NCBI GenBank assembly: GCA_963754255.1
Contig: CAVWEW010000010.1
Location: 63,064-127,063 of the forward strand
Origin: an uncultured Actinomycetota bacterium
GTDB lineage: Bacteria; Actinomycetota; Acidimicrobiia; Acidimicrobiales; Bog-793
Direction: 5' to 3'
DNA: 64,000 nt
Made by a program: the position numbers and the translations under genes. Positions 9,541 through 19,564 of this stretch are shown here, piece after piece (the first letter of the stretch is position 1; each line of letters opens with the position of its first letter). Under the pieces are notes generated by a model. The model searched no databases, had not been told where the DNA came from, and worked only from the letters and a program-made list of their open reading frames with translations.

Positions 9541-10605
9541 TCACTCGGCTGGTCTGGTGGGGAGCCCTGCGGCGCTCCAGGCTCTGAAGCCGCCGTCGAG
9601 GTCGGTTGCCAGTGAGAGGCCGAGCTGGCGGAGGGCGACGGCGGCCAGGCTCGAGGCATACCCTTCCGAGCAGAACACGATGACCTGCTTGTCGTAGCGG
9701 GCGAGCTCGGGGATGCGGGCCTCGCTTTGCGGGTCCAGGCGCCATTCGAGGACGTTTCGGGGGATGATGACCGCGCCGGGCACCTCGCCCTCCAGCCTTC
9801 GCTGTTCGGGGGGGCGGATGTCGACAAGTGCCGCCCCGAACTCCACTGCCCTGGCGGCCCCCTCCGGTCCGAGGCGCTCGAGGCCCACCCGCGCCGCGGC
9901 CAACAGCTGGTCGATCGACCGGGCACCGAGGTTCTCCCCGCTGGCGGCCGAGCCGAGGGGGCGGGGGAGCCGCCGGTGACCCGACCGGTTCCGGCCCGGC
10001 CCCTCCGGGGAGTCGACCGGGATGGTCTCTCGGGCGAAGAGCCCCATCGGGGTCGACTCGTAGTACGTCATGGCGGCGAGCGGGGGAGAGTATGCGTGGA
10101 TGCTTGTCGCCGGCTCGTCGCCTACATAGCCGACATTGTGGACATGGGAGGGCCCGAAGTTCGCCACGCCGCCTCGGGCCACCTCCCGCGCCGCCACGGT
10201 CCGCGTGCCCGAGCGGCGGAAGCGCTCCAACAGTCGCCCCTCGGTGACGGCGAAGGATCCGGAAGAGCCGCCGTGGTCATGCCAGTCCGTCTCCTGACCG
10301 GGCTGCCAGGCGAGGACCCACAGGTCGAAGCCGGGGCGCCGGCTCAGCTTGAGATGCCAGCGGAGGGCGGGATCTCGCACGACGAGTCCCTCGAACAGCT
10401 CCGGGCGAGCAGCGAAGGCAGCTGTGACGCGCCCGAGGGTGGTGGGGGACAAGAACGTGTCATGTGGGACGAGCCGCAGCAGGACCTCGTCGATTGCCCT
10501 TTGTTGTGCTTCGTCGATCCTATGGCGGCCGCTCTCCCTCGTTCCGGCCGGATCACCCGTGGGCGGCCGGCGGCGCTGAGGACGAGTCGTGGGTACGACT
10601 GCCAT
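9541..10605 (-). CDS. Cysteine-dioxygenase-type cupin fused to a rhodanese domain
   Basis: The N-terminal cupin has WQPGQETDWHDHGGSSG and SHVHNV metal-site motifs. The C-terminal rhodanese has a catalytic-loop cysteine (VIVFCSEGYASS). Confidence 0.75.
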   Translation of the reverse strand: MAVVPTTRPQRRRPPTGDPAGTRESGRHRIDEAQQRAIDEVLLRLVPHDTFLSPTTLGRVTAAFAARPELFEGLVVRDPALRWHLKLSRRPGFDLWVLAWQPGQETDWHDHGGSSGSFAVTEGRLLERFRRSGTRTVAAREVARGGVANFGPSHVHNVGYVGDEPATSIHAYSPPLAAMTYYESTPMGLFARETIPVDSPEGPGRNRSGHRRLPRPLGSAASGENLGARSIDQLLAAARVGLERLGPEGAARAVEFGAALVDIRPPEQRRLEGEVPGAVIIPRNVLEWRLDPQSEARIPELARYDKQVIVFCSEGYASSLAAVALRQLGLSLATDLDGGFRAWSAAGLPTRPAE

Positions 10606-10795
10606 CGGATCTTCCTCCTTTTTCTATCAATAACATCGAATTAGTATGGATTGTACCTCACCCGGCGGTTCCCCATCAGCTTACCGGCCGGCACCCGGCG
10701 GTATGGAAGTATCGGCGTGACCGAGGAGCGCCTTGAACGACCCTGCGCGCCTGTCGGGGCGGCACAGCCCGGGGCGCCGGAGAAGGAGTGAGCAG
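10606..10795. promoter_or_regulatory. Divergent promoter region between the CDO-rhodanese gene and the flavoprotein gene
   Basis: Contains the only markedly AT-rich stretch in this neighbourhood (tttttctatcaataacatcgaattagtatggattgta), plus RBS GGAGAAGGAG before ATG 10796. No -10/-35 assignment attempted. Confidence 0.4.
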
Positions 10796-12908
10796 ATGAT
10801 CGACCGGCGCCGACGCGACCCACGCCACGACGTCCTGTTCGAGCCGGTGACAATAGGGCCGAAGGTGCTCCGCAACCGCTTCTTCCAGGTGCCCCATTGC
10901 TGTGGCTTCGGGGACGTGAAGCCCTTCTCGCAGGCCGAGCACCGGGCTGTCAAGGCTGAGGGTGGCTGGGCGGCTGTCTGCACGGAGTACGCCCCGGTCA
11001 GCGAGGAGTCCGACGAATCGCCCTGGGCCTCGGCGAGGATGTGGGACGACGACGACACCGCAAATCTGGCTCGGGTCGCGGAGCGGGCCCACGAGTACGG
11101 TTCGCTCGCCGGGATCGAGCTGCACCACGCCGGGGTCCACGGGCACTGCAGCGAGTCGCGGCGGGTCCCGGTCGCCCCGTCGCAACTGGCGAGCGATCTC
11201 GTCCCCTACCTCGTGCCGAAGGCGATGGAGCTGTCCGACATCGTCCGCGTGCGTCAGGAATGGGCCCGAGCTGCCCGGGCGGCGGGCGATGCGGGTTTTG
11301 ACATCGTGTACGTCTACGGGGGTCATTCGTACCTGCCCATGCAGTTCCTCTCGCCCTTCTACAACCACCGGGTCGACGCCTACGGGGGCGGGTTCGAGAA
11401 CCGGTCACGTTTTTGGATCGAGCTGCTCGAGGAGGTGCGCTCGGCCATCGACGGCGACTGCGCGCTCGGCCTGCCGTATCGCGGTCACCGCCCTCGGGCC
11501 GGCCGGCGTGGAGCTCGACGAAGGGTTGGCGCTCATTGCCGCCGCCGACCATCTCGTCGACCTGTGGGACGTCAACGTGGGCTCGATCGCGGAGTGGTCG
11601 AAGGACTCGGGCGCGTCCCGTTTCTTCAAGGAGGGCTACCAACTCGAGTGGACGGGGGAGGTGCGCAGCGCCACGTCCAAGCCCATCGTCGGCGTCTCCC
11701 GCCTGACGAGCCCGGACCACATGGCCGAGATCGTGCGCTCCGGCAAGTGGTCCCTCATCGGGGCCGCCCGGCCCTCCATCGCGGACCCCTTCCTCCCGAA
11801 CAAGATCGAGAGCGGCCGCTACGACGAGATCCGGGAATGCATCGGTTGCAACGTCTGCATCATGAAGGCAGATCGGGACCTCCACCTCGGCTGCACCCAG
11901 AACCCCACTGCCGGGGAGGAGTACCGGAGGGGCTGGCACCCGGAGCGCTTCGCCCGGGCAGCCAATGCGGAGCTCGATGTGCTCGTCGTCGGCGGCGGGC
12001 CGGCCGGGATGGAGTGCGCCATCACGCTCGGCAAGCGCCAGATGCACCAGGTGCATCTCGTCGAGGCCACCGCCGGCCTCGGAGGCTCCATGAGCTGGAT
12101 CCCCCGCCTGCCCGGGCTCGGCGAGTGGGCGCGGGTGGTCAACTGGCGCGTCATCCAGCTCGGCCGCCTGGCCAACGTGGAGGTGATCACCTCGGCCCGA
12201 CTCGACGCCGCCGCCGTGCGCGACTACGGCGCTGAGCTCGTGGTGATCGCCACCGGCTCCTCCTGGGCATCAGACGGCGTCTCGGCATTCACCCACGTCC
12301 CGATCGAGGGGGCGCTCGAGCACGCCGACACCGTGTTCACGCCCGAGCAGCTGATGCTCGACGGGCGCCGCCCGGCGGGGGAGGACGTCGTCGTGTACGA
12401 CGCCGAGGGGTACTTCGTCGGAGCCGGTGTGGCCGAGCTGCTCGCCCTCGAGGGCTACCACGTCGAGCTCGTCACGTGCCTCGATCAAGTGGCCCCGCGT
12501 TGCGACGAGACGCTCGAGGGCCCCATGCTGCGCCAGCGCCTCCACGAGCGGGGCGTCCGGCTGCACCGGGGCGTCACCTTGAGGAGCCTCGACGGCACGA
12601 GCGTCTCCGGCACGGACGAATTCGGAGAGCCGTTCGCGCTAGGGGCCCAGAGCGTCGTGCTCGTCACCCAGCGCCGGTCCGACGACACGCTCTACCACGA
12701 GCTGGCCGGCGACCGGGACGCCTTGTCCGGCTCCGGCATCGTGGGCCTGTACCGCATCGGGGACTGCGTCGCCCCGCGTATCCCGGCGGACGCCATCTTC
12801 GACGGCCACCGGCTCGGACGGGAGATCGACACGGAGGCACCAGAGATACCGCGCGGCTACTTGAGAGAAAGAGCCCTCGTGAAGTCGCCGGCGACGGCGC
12901 CCCGTTGA
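10796..12908 (+). pseudogene. Trimethylamine/dimethylamine-dehydrogenase-like Fe-S flavoprotein (OYE barrel + 4Fe-4S + NAD/ADP-binding domains), one frame disruption as sequenced
   Basis: Motifs: LRNRFFQVPHC (position of the 6-S-cysteinyl-FMN Cys in TMADH), CIGCNVC-x11-C cluster motif, and VLVVGGGPAGMECA dinucleotide fold. The reading frame jumps from the 10733 frame to the 10962 frame at GG 11468-11469 (DGDCAL|ACRIAVTALG). Confidence 0.75.
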
Positions 12909-15028
12909 GCGGCCGGCCGGTCAGGCGCGACCTGACGGCGCTGTTCAACCCGACCTCGGTCGCTGTCGTCGGCGCCTCCGCAGACGAGACGAAGTGGGGG
13001 CATTGGCTGGCAAAAGGGGCACTGCGCGGCGCCCATCGGCGGCGGGTGGCGCTCGTCAACCGGCGCGGGGGCACCGTCCTCGGCCAGCCGGCGCACGTCT
13101 CGCTGAGAGATGTCCCGGGAGGAGTCGAGCTGGCGGCGATCTGCGTGCCGGCGGCCGCCTTTCAGGACTCGGTGAGGGAATCTCTCGACTGCGGGGCAAG
13201 GGCCATCGTCGGCATCACGGCCGGCCTCGGCGAGAGCGGGCCAGCCGGCCTGCGGATCGAGGCCGCCATTGCCGCCGAGGTTCGTGCCGCCGGCGCCGTC
13301 CTGCTCGGCCCGAACTGCCTCGGCCTGAGCGACACCGCCACCGAGCTCCACCTCACCTCGGACGAGCTGCCGGTCGGGACCGTCGGGCTGATCTCCCAGA
13401 GCGGCAACCTCGCCCTCGAGCTGGGTCTGAAGGCGGCCAGCTCTGGCCTCGGCTTCGTGCGTTTCGCCTCGCTCGGCAATCAGGCCGACATCGACGTCGC
13501 CGACCTCGTCACGGCCTTTGCCGGATCGGCGGACGTCGCCGCGGTGGCCATCTACTGCGAGGACTTCGGCGACGGCCGGCGCTTTCTCGAAGCGGCCGCC
13601 GCCGCCGCGAACGCCGGTAAGCCGGTGGTTCTCCTTGCTGCCGGCGCCAGCCGGGCCGGTGCCCGGGCCGCCCGGTCCCATACGGGCGCCCTCGTCTCGG
13701 GGCGCCTCTCGGTCGCCGCCGCCTGCCGGGCGGCCGGCATCGAGCAGGTCGACACTCCGGGGCAGCTGATCGAGGCGCTCTCCGGCATCCTGCTCGGCTC
13801 GAGCGCCGCCGTCCCGGCCGTGGTGAGGGTGGGCGTGCTCGCCGACGGCGGCGGTCATGGTGCCGTGGCGGCCGACGTCGCCGAGGCGGCCGGGCTCAGC
13901 GTGCCTTTGTTCTCGCCTGGGCTCGCCGCCGAGGTGGCCCGGGCCACCGGCACGCCGGGTGCCTCCAGCAACCCGGTGGACCTCGCCGGAGCCGGCGAGC
14001 AGGACCCGTGGTCCTTCGCCCGAGTCCTGCGGGCGATGCTGGCCTCGAGCGAGGTCGACGCTGTGATCCTCACCGGCTACTTCGGTGGCTACAGCTACTA
14101 CGGGACCGTTCTCGGCCGGGCCGAGAGCGAGGTGGCCGACGCACTCGTGGCAGTCACGCGGGCCTCGGGCAAGCCGGTCGTGGTGCACGCCATGCACGAC
14201 GGCACTTCGGTTCCCGAGCCCCTGGCCCGCCTTCGCGCCGGCCGGCTGCCGGTGTCGTCGCGGGTGGAGGGCGCCGTGGCAATACTCGCCCGCCTGGGTG
14301 CCCGGGCGGGGCGAGGAAAAGTCGCGCTGCCCGAGGTGGTCGCGCCGCAGCCGGCGTATGTGGGCAACGGCTACTTCGCCGCCAGGGCACTCCTGTCCGG
14401 GGCGGGCATAGCTTTCGCGCCGGCGATCGAGGCCGTTGGCGACAGCGAGGCGGTACGAGCGGCCCGGGCGATCGGCTACCCGGTCGTGGTGAAAGCCATC
14501 GTGCTCGAGCACAAGTCGGACGCCGGCGGAGTCATTCTCGGTCTCGACAGTGACGAGGCCGTCACGGCGGCCGTCGGTTCGATCCGGTCCCGGATCGGCC
14601 CCGGCCCCCTCTCGGTGGAAAAGATGATCGCCCTCGCCGGCGGGGTGGAGCTCGTGGTGGGGACGAGGCGCGATGAGCGCTTTGGGGCTGTCGTCCTCGT
14701 CGGGCTGGGCGGCATCTACACCGAGGTGCTCCGTGACGTGGCGGCCGCCCTCGCACCGGTGGACGAGCGGCAGGCGCGCCAGCTTCTCTCGGGCCTACGG
14801 GGGGCTCCGCTGCTCTTCGGGGCGCGGGGCCGTCCTCCGCTCGACGTGGGCGCTGCCGCCTCCGTCGTGGCGGCAATCTCGAAGCTCGCCGCCGGCCACC
14901 CCGAGATCGCCGAGCTCGAGGTCAATCCGTTGCTCGTCGGCCCCGACGGCGCCTGGGGGCTCGATGCCCGGGTGATCCTCGGCGACACCGGTGCACCCAG
15001 TTCTCAGGGCACGGGTGCATGCACGTAG
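12905..15028 (+). CDS. ADP-forming (NDP-forming) acetyl/acyl-CoA synthetase, fused alpha-beta type
   Basis: TTG 12905 overlaps the upstream TGA. Domains: CoA-binding N-terminus (FNPTSVAVVGAS), a succinyl-CoA-ligase-like domain (LLGPNCLGL) and a C-terminal ATP-grasp (AIGYPVVVKA). The listed ORF's N-terminal 143 aa lie inside the previous gene. Confidence 0.8.
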   Translation: MSGRPVRRDLTALFNPTSVAVVGASADETKWGHWLAKGALRGAHRRRVALVNRRGGTVLGQPAHVSLRDVPGGVELAAICVPAAAFQDSVRESLDCGARAIVGITAGLGESGPAGLRIEAAIAAEVRAAGAVLLGPNCLGLSDTATELHLTSDELPVGTVGLISQSGNLALELGLKAASSGLGFVRFASLGNQADIDVADLVTAFAGSADVAAVAIYCEDFGDGRRFLEAAAAAANAGKPVVLLAAGASRAGARAARSHTGALVSGRLSVAAACRAAGIEQVDTPGQLIEALSGILLGSSAAVPAVVRVGVLADGGGHGAVAADVAEAAGLSVPLFSPGLAAEVARATGTPGASSNPVDLAGAGEQDPWSFARVLRAMLASSEVDAVILTGYFGGYSYYGTVLGRAESEVADALVAVTRASGKPVVVHAMHDGTSVPEPLARLRAGRLPVSSRVEGAVAILARLGARAGRGKVALPEVVAPQPAYVGNGYFAARALLSGAGIAFAPAIEAVGDSEAVRAARAIGYPVVVKAIVLEHKSDAGGVILGLDSDEAVTAAVGSIRSRIGPGPLSVEKMIALAGGVELVVGTRRDERFGAVVLVGLGGIYTEVLRDVAAALAPVDERQARQLLSGLRGAPLLFGARGRPPLDVGAAASVVAAISKLAAGHPEIAELEVNPLLVGPDGAWGLDARVILGDTGAPSSQGTGACT

Positions 15029-15111
15029 CGACCTCGGTGTGGCGGCAAAGGAGTTCGTCTCGAGAGATCCGACCGGCGGCCGCGCCCGTCCCGCATCGTC
15101 GTCATGCAGGT

Positions 15112-15930
15112 TCAGGCCGGCAGGTGCTCCCGCGGCTCCGGAGGTGGCGGCGGCTCGCCCTGACCCCAGGCGTCGACCCCGCCGTCCACGACGACCGTCG
15201 TGCCGGTGACGTAGCTCGCCCCCGGTGAGACGAGGAAGGCGATGACGTCGGCTACCTCCTGTGCCGTCCCGAGGCGGCCGAGGGGCACGCTCCGCTCCCA
15301 GGCGGCGACCTCGTCGCTGCCGTAGCGGTCGAGCCCCTCGGTGGCGATGTTGCCGGGGGCGACGCAGACAGCCCTGATGCCGTAGCGGCTCCAGTCACAG
15401 GCGAGCCCACCGGCGAGGTTCTCGACGGCGGCGCGGGCGGAGGAGGCGTGCACCATCGCCGGCACGCCGCGACGGGGGCTGAAGCCGACGAACACCACGA
15501 CGCCGTGCCGCCTCGGGATCATCGAGCGCGTCGCCGCCTCCCGGGTGAGGCTCCAGGCGGCCTCGACGTTCAGGCGGTGGACCGCCCGCCAGCCGTTGAG
15601 CGAGATCTCCTCGGCGGGGGCGGTGAACTGGCCGCCGGCGTTGTTGACGACCACGTCCACCTGGCCGAAGCGCTCGAGGGCGGCATCGACGACGGCCGCA
15701 ACGTCGGGCGGCTCGCGGACGTCGGCCCGGACTGGCAGGCACGCGCCGCCGGCTTCCTCCACCAAGGTCCGCGTCTCTTCGAGAAGCTCGGCCCGCCGCC
15801 CGCAGATCACCACGGCGGCGCTGCTGCGGGCGAGAGCCAGCGCCGTCGCCCGGCCGATGCCGGTGCCGCCGCCGGAGATGACCGCGACGGCGCCCGAATT
15901 GGCACCGGGGCTCAGCACGGAGTGGCTCAC
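15112..15930 (-). CDS. Short-chain dehydrogenase/reductase (SDR)
   Basis: Motifs TGxxxGIG (ISGGGTGIGRA) and NNAG. 272 aa, GTG start. Confidence 0.85.
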   Translation of the reverse strand: MSHSVLSPGANSGAVAVISGGGTGIGRATALALARSSAAVVICGRRAELLEETRTLVEEAGGACLPVRADVREPPDVAAVVDAALERFGQVDVVVNNAGGQFTAPAEEISLNGWRAVHRLNVEAAWSLTREAATRSMIPRRHGVVVFVGFSPRRGVPAMVHASSARAAVENLAGGLACDWSRYGIRAVCVAPGNIATEGLDRYGSDEVAAWERSVPLGRLGTAQEVADVIAFLVSPGASYVTGTTVVVDGGVDAWGQGEPPPPPEPREHLPA

Positions 15931-16111
15931 TGCGACGCGACGTTACGCCGGCTAGGGGGAAAAGGTAGGTTCTCCGGCGCATGTCGCCGCCGGATCCCTC
16001 CGCCGACGCCGGCATCAGCGAAGACGAGCACCGCCTGTCACCAGACGCCGGTCCGGTCGTCGACGACGCGCCTGTGCTGCTCCCCGTGGCGCGACTGCCT
16101 CGGGCGCCGGC

Positions 16112-16750
16112 ATGATCGCCATCGCTCTCACCGGCGGCATCGGGTCCGGCAAGACGACAGTCGCCGGACTGCTGGCGGTTCATGGCGCCGAGCGGATCAA
16201 CGCCGACGAGCTGGCTCGGGTCGCTGTCGAACCGGGCAGCGAAGGCTTCGCGCAGGTGGTGGCCCGTTTCGGCAGCGGCGTAGTCAACCTCGACGGCACC
16301 CTTGACCGGGCTGGGCTGGCCAGGGTCGTCTTCGGGGACGAGGCGGCCCGCCGTGACCTGAACGCCATCGTCCACCCGGAGGTCGCCCGCTTGATGGCAG
16401 AGGGGCTCGCCCGCCACGCTGGCAGCGATGCCATAGTGGTCCTCGAGATCCCACTTCTGGTGGAAAACGGCGGCCGTGACCGCTACCCGGTGGCCGGCGT
16501 GCTCGTGGTGGACTCGCCGGTCGAGCTGGCGGTGGAGCGCCTCGTGAGCAGCCGCCGTATGGAAGAGGAAGACGTCCGCCGGAGGATGGCCGCCCAGGCT
16601 TCCCGAGAGGCCCGCCTACGACAGGCGGACTACATCATCCTCAATACCGGGACTCTCGCGGAGCTCCGGCTCATGGTGGACAAGGCGTGGGACTGGATGA
16701 CGGCAGTGGCCAGGGGGGCTCAGAGGCCGACCATGGGCGAGAGGAATTGA
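16112..16750 (+). CDS. coaE: Dephospho-CoA kinase
   Basis: P-loop at the N-terminus ([15 protein letters not shown]) and CoaE-length protein. Its 3' end overlaps the 3' end of convergent uvrA by 31 nt. Confidence 0.85.
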   Translation: MIAIALTGGIGSGKTTVAGLLAVHGAERINADELARVAVEPGSEGFAQVVARFGSGVVNLDGTLDRAGLARVVFGDEAARRDLNAIVHPEVARLMAEGLARHAGSDAIVVLEIPLLVENGGRDRYPVAGVLVVDSPVELAVERLVSSRRMEEEDVRRRMAAQASREARLRQADYIILNTGTLAELRLMVDKAWDWMTAVARGAQRPTMGERN

Positions 16751-19560
16751 CCGGTGAAACTGTCTGGATTCTTCGCCACCTGCTCCGGCGTTCCCTCCGC
16801 CACGACGAGGCCACCGCCGTCACCGCCCTCGGGACCGAGGTCGATGATCCAGTCAGCCGACTTGATGACGTCGAGGTTGTGCTCGATGACACAGACGGTG
16901 TTCCCGGCGTCGACGAGGCGCTGGAGCACGCCGAGCAGCTTGCGGACATCCTCGAAGTGCAGGCCGGTCGTCGGCTCGTCGAGGATGTACAGCGTCCGGC
17001 CGGTCGAGCGCTTGGACAGCTCGGAGGCCAGCTTCACCCGCTGTGCCTCCCCACCGGACAGCGTCGGAGCCGGCTGGCCGAGGCGCACGTATGACAGGCC
17101 GACGTCGACGATGGTCTGCAGGTGACGGGCGATGACGGGCTGGTTGGCGAAGTAGTCGAGCGCTTCTTCGCAGGACATGGCGAGCACCTCGGCGATGTTG
17201 TGCCCCCGCCAGGACACCTCGAGCGTGTCGCGGTTGTAGCGGGCGCCCTTGCAGACCTCACAGGGGACGTAGACATCCGGGAGGAAGTGCATCTCGATCT
17301 TTATCGTGCCGTCACCTGCGCAGGCCTCGCAGCGGCCGCCTTTGACGTTGAAGGAGAAGCGCCCCGGCTGATAGCCGCGCAGCTTGGCCTCCGAGGTCTG
17401 GGAGAACAGCCGGCGGACGTGGTCGAAGACTCCGGTATAGGTGGCCGGGTTCGAGCGGGGCGTCCGCCCGATCGGCGACTGGTCGATGTCGATCACCTTG
17501 TCGAGCGCTTCAGCGCCGTCTATCGCCTTGTGCCGCCCGGGCACCGTCCGTGAGTGGTAGATGCGCTGCATGAGGGCCCGGTGAAGGATGTCGTTGACGA
17601 GGGTGGACTTCCCGGAGCCCGACACCCCCGTGACGGCGACGAAACAGCCGAGGGGGAACTCGACGTCGATGTTCTTCAAGTTGTGCTCACGGGCGCCGCG
17701 GACGGTGACCCACTCCCCGTGAGGCTCCCGGCGCATCGGGGGAACGGCGATCTGGCGGGTTCCGGCCAGGTACTGGCCCGTCATCGAGCTCTCGCAGGCG
17801 AGGATGTCGTCGAGCTTGCCGGCACAGACGATCTCGCCGCCGTGCTCGCCGGCTCCGGGGCCGATGTCGACGATCCAGTCCGCCACGCGGATCGTCTCCT
17901 CGTCGTGTTCCACCACGAGGACGGTGTTGCCGAGATCGCGCAGCCGGTTGAGCGTCCCGATGAGCTTGCGGTTGTCCCGCTGGTGAAGCCCGATGGAGGG
18001 CTCGTCGAGCACGTATAGGACGCCGACGAGGCCACTTCCGATCTGGCTGGCGAGGCGGATGCGCTGCGCCTCGCCGCCGGCGAGCGTCGCCGCCGAGCGA
18101 GCAAGCGTCAGGTAGTCGAGGCCCACGTCGACGAGGAATTGCAGCCGGGCCCGGATCTCCTTCATCACGCGGGAGGCGATCATCTCCTCGCGAGATGTCA
18201 GCTCCAAGGTGCCGAGCACGTCGTGGGCGGAGCGGATCGAGAGGGCGCACACCTCGGCAATGTTCATTTCGCCGATCGTGACGGCGAGCGACTCGGGCTT
18301 GAGGCGGCTGCCGCCGCAGGCGGCGCACGGCACCTCCCGCATGTAGCCCTCGACCTGCTCGCGTTGGTAGTCCGATTCCGCCTCGGAGTGCCTCCGCTGC
18401 AGCCACGGGATCACGCCCTCATAGGTGGTGTCATAGCTGCGCGTCGTCCCGTAGCGGTTCCGGTAGTGGATGTGGACCCGCTTCGAGCCGGCGCCGTAGA
18501 GGAGGACCTTCTTCTGGGACTTGGTCAAGCGCGACCAGGGCTTGCGCATGTCGAAGCCGAACGCGTCGGCGACTGCCTCGAGCACCCGGGAGAAATACTC
18601 CGTCCTGGCACCGGCCCAGGGGGAGATAGCCCCGAGAGCTAGGGAGAGATCCGGGTTCGACACGACGAGCTCCGGGTCCACCTCGAAACGGGTGCCGAGG
18701 CCGTTGCAGACCGGGCAGGCCCCGTAGGGGGAGTTGAACGAGAAAGAGCGCGGGGCCAGATCGTCGAGAGAGATGCCGCAGTAGGTGCACGCCAGGTGCT
18801 GGGAGAACGACAGCAGCTCCTCGCTGCCGGTCTCATCCGGCGCGAGGAGGATCTCGGCCATACCCTCGCCGAGGCGGAGGGCGGTCTCGATCGAGTCGGT
18901 CAAGCGGCGCTCGATGCCGCCCTTGGAGATCAAACGGTCGACGATGACCTCGATCGTGTGCTGCTCGTAGCGGGCGAGCTCCATCTCGGTCCGCTCGCTG
19001 AGCTCGATGACCTCCCCGTCCACTCGCACCCGGGCATAGCCCTGCTTGGCGAGGTCGTCGAGAAGCGAGGAGTACTCACCCTTCCTGCCCCGGACGACGG
19101 GAGCGAGAACCTGGAAGCGCGTGCCGGTGGGGAGCTGGAGGACGCGGTCGACGATCTGCTGTGGGCTCTGGCGGGTGACCAGACGGCCGCAGTTCGGGCA
19201 GTGGGGCTGGCCGATCCTTGCGAACAGCAGCCGGAGGTAGTCGTAGATCTCCGTCACCGTGCCCACCGTCGAGCGTGGGTTGCGGGAGGCCGACTTCTGG
19301 TCGATCGAGATCGCCGGCGAGAGCCCTTCGATGAAGTCCACGTCCGGCTTGTCCATCTGGCCGAGGAATTGCCGGGCGTAGGCGGACAGCGACTCCACGT
19401 AGCGCCGCTGTCCCTCGGCGTAGATGGTGTCAAAGGCGAGCGACGACTTCCCCGAGCCGGAGAGGCCGGTGAACACGATCAACTGCTCCCTCGGCAGATC
19501 GAGGGACAGGTTCTTCAGGTTGTGCTCGCGGGCACCTCGAATGACGAGCTGGTCACGCAC
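16720..19560 (-). CDS. uvrA: Excinuclease ABC subunit A
   Basis: 946 aa. N-terminus [48 protein letters not shown], two ABC modules and zinc-finger Cys pairs. The GTG start is 4 nt after the uvrB stop. Confidence 0.97.
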   Translation of the reverse strand: MRDQLVIRGAREHNLKNLSLDLPREQLIVFTGLSGSGKSSLAFDTIYAEGQRRYVESLSAYARQFLGQMDKPDVDFIEGLSPAISIDQKSASRNPRSTVGTVTEIYDYLRLLFARIGQPHCPNCGRLVTRQSPQQIVDRVLQLPTGTRFQVLAPVVRGRKGEYSSLLDDLAKQGYARVRVDGEVIELSERTEMELARYEQHTIEVIVDRLISKGGIERRLTDSIETALRLGEGMAEILLAPDETGSEELLSFSQHLACTYCGISLDDLAPRSFSFNSPYGACPVCNGLGTRFEVDPELVVSNPDLSLALGAISPWAGARTEYFSRVLEAVADAFGFDMRKPWSRLTKSQKKVLLYGAGSKRVHIHYRNRYGTTRSYDTTYEGVIPWLQRRHSEAESDYQREQVEGYMREVPCAACGGSRLKPESLAVTIGEMNIAEVCALSIRSAHDVLGTLELTSREEMIASRVMKEIRARLQFLVDVGLDYLTLARSAATLAGGEAQRIRLASQIGSGLVGVLYVLDEPSIGLHQRDNRKLIGTLNRLRDLGNTVLVVEHDEETIRVADWIVDIGPGAGEHGGEIVCAGKLDDILACESSMTGQYLAGTRQIAVPPMRREPHGEWVTVRGAREHNLKNIDVEFPLGCFVAVTGVSGSGKSTLVNDILHRALMQRIYHSRTVPGRHKAIDGAEALDKVIDIDQSPIGRTPRSNPATYTGVFDHVRRLFSQTSEAKLRGYQPGRFSFNVKGGRCEACAGDGTIKIEMHFLPDVYVPCEVCKGARYNRDTLEVSWRGHNIAEVLAMSCEEALDYFANQPVIARHLQTIVDVGLSYVRLGQPAPTLSGGEAQRVKLASELSKRSTGRTLYILDEPTTGLHFEDVRKLLGVLQRLVDAGNTVCVIEHNLDVIKSADWIIDLGPEGGDGGGLVVAEGTPEQVAKNPDSFTGQFLSPMVGL

Positions 19561-19564
19561 GAGG

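Noticed and set aside
8520-9926. 468-aa version of the EamA ORF and 850-aa version of the acyl-CoA synthetase ORF (12476-15028)
   Set aside because: The N-terminal extensions are Arg/Pro/Ser-rich and overlap the neighbouring genes. Internal GTG 9395 and TTG 12905 give normal-length proteins.
16720-16750. 31-nt convergent overlap of the coaE and uvrA 3' ends as a possible antisense regulatory feature
   Set aside because: Late stop codons are common in high-GC genomes, and the coaE tail is not conserved-looking. This is probably incidental.
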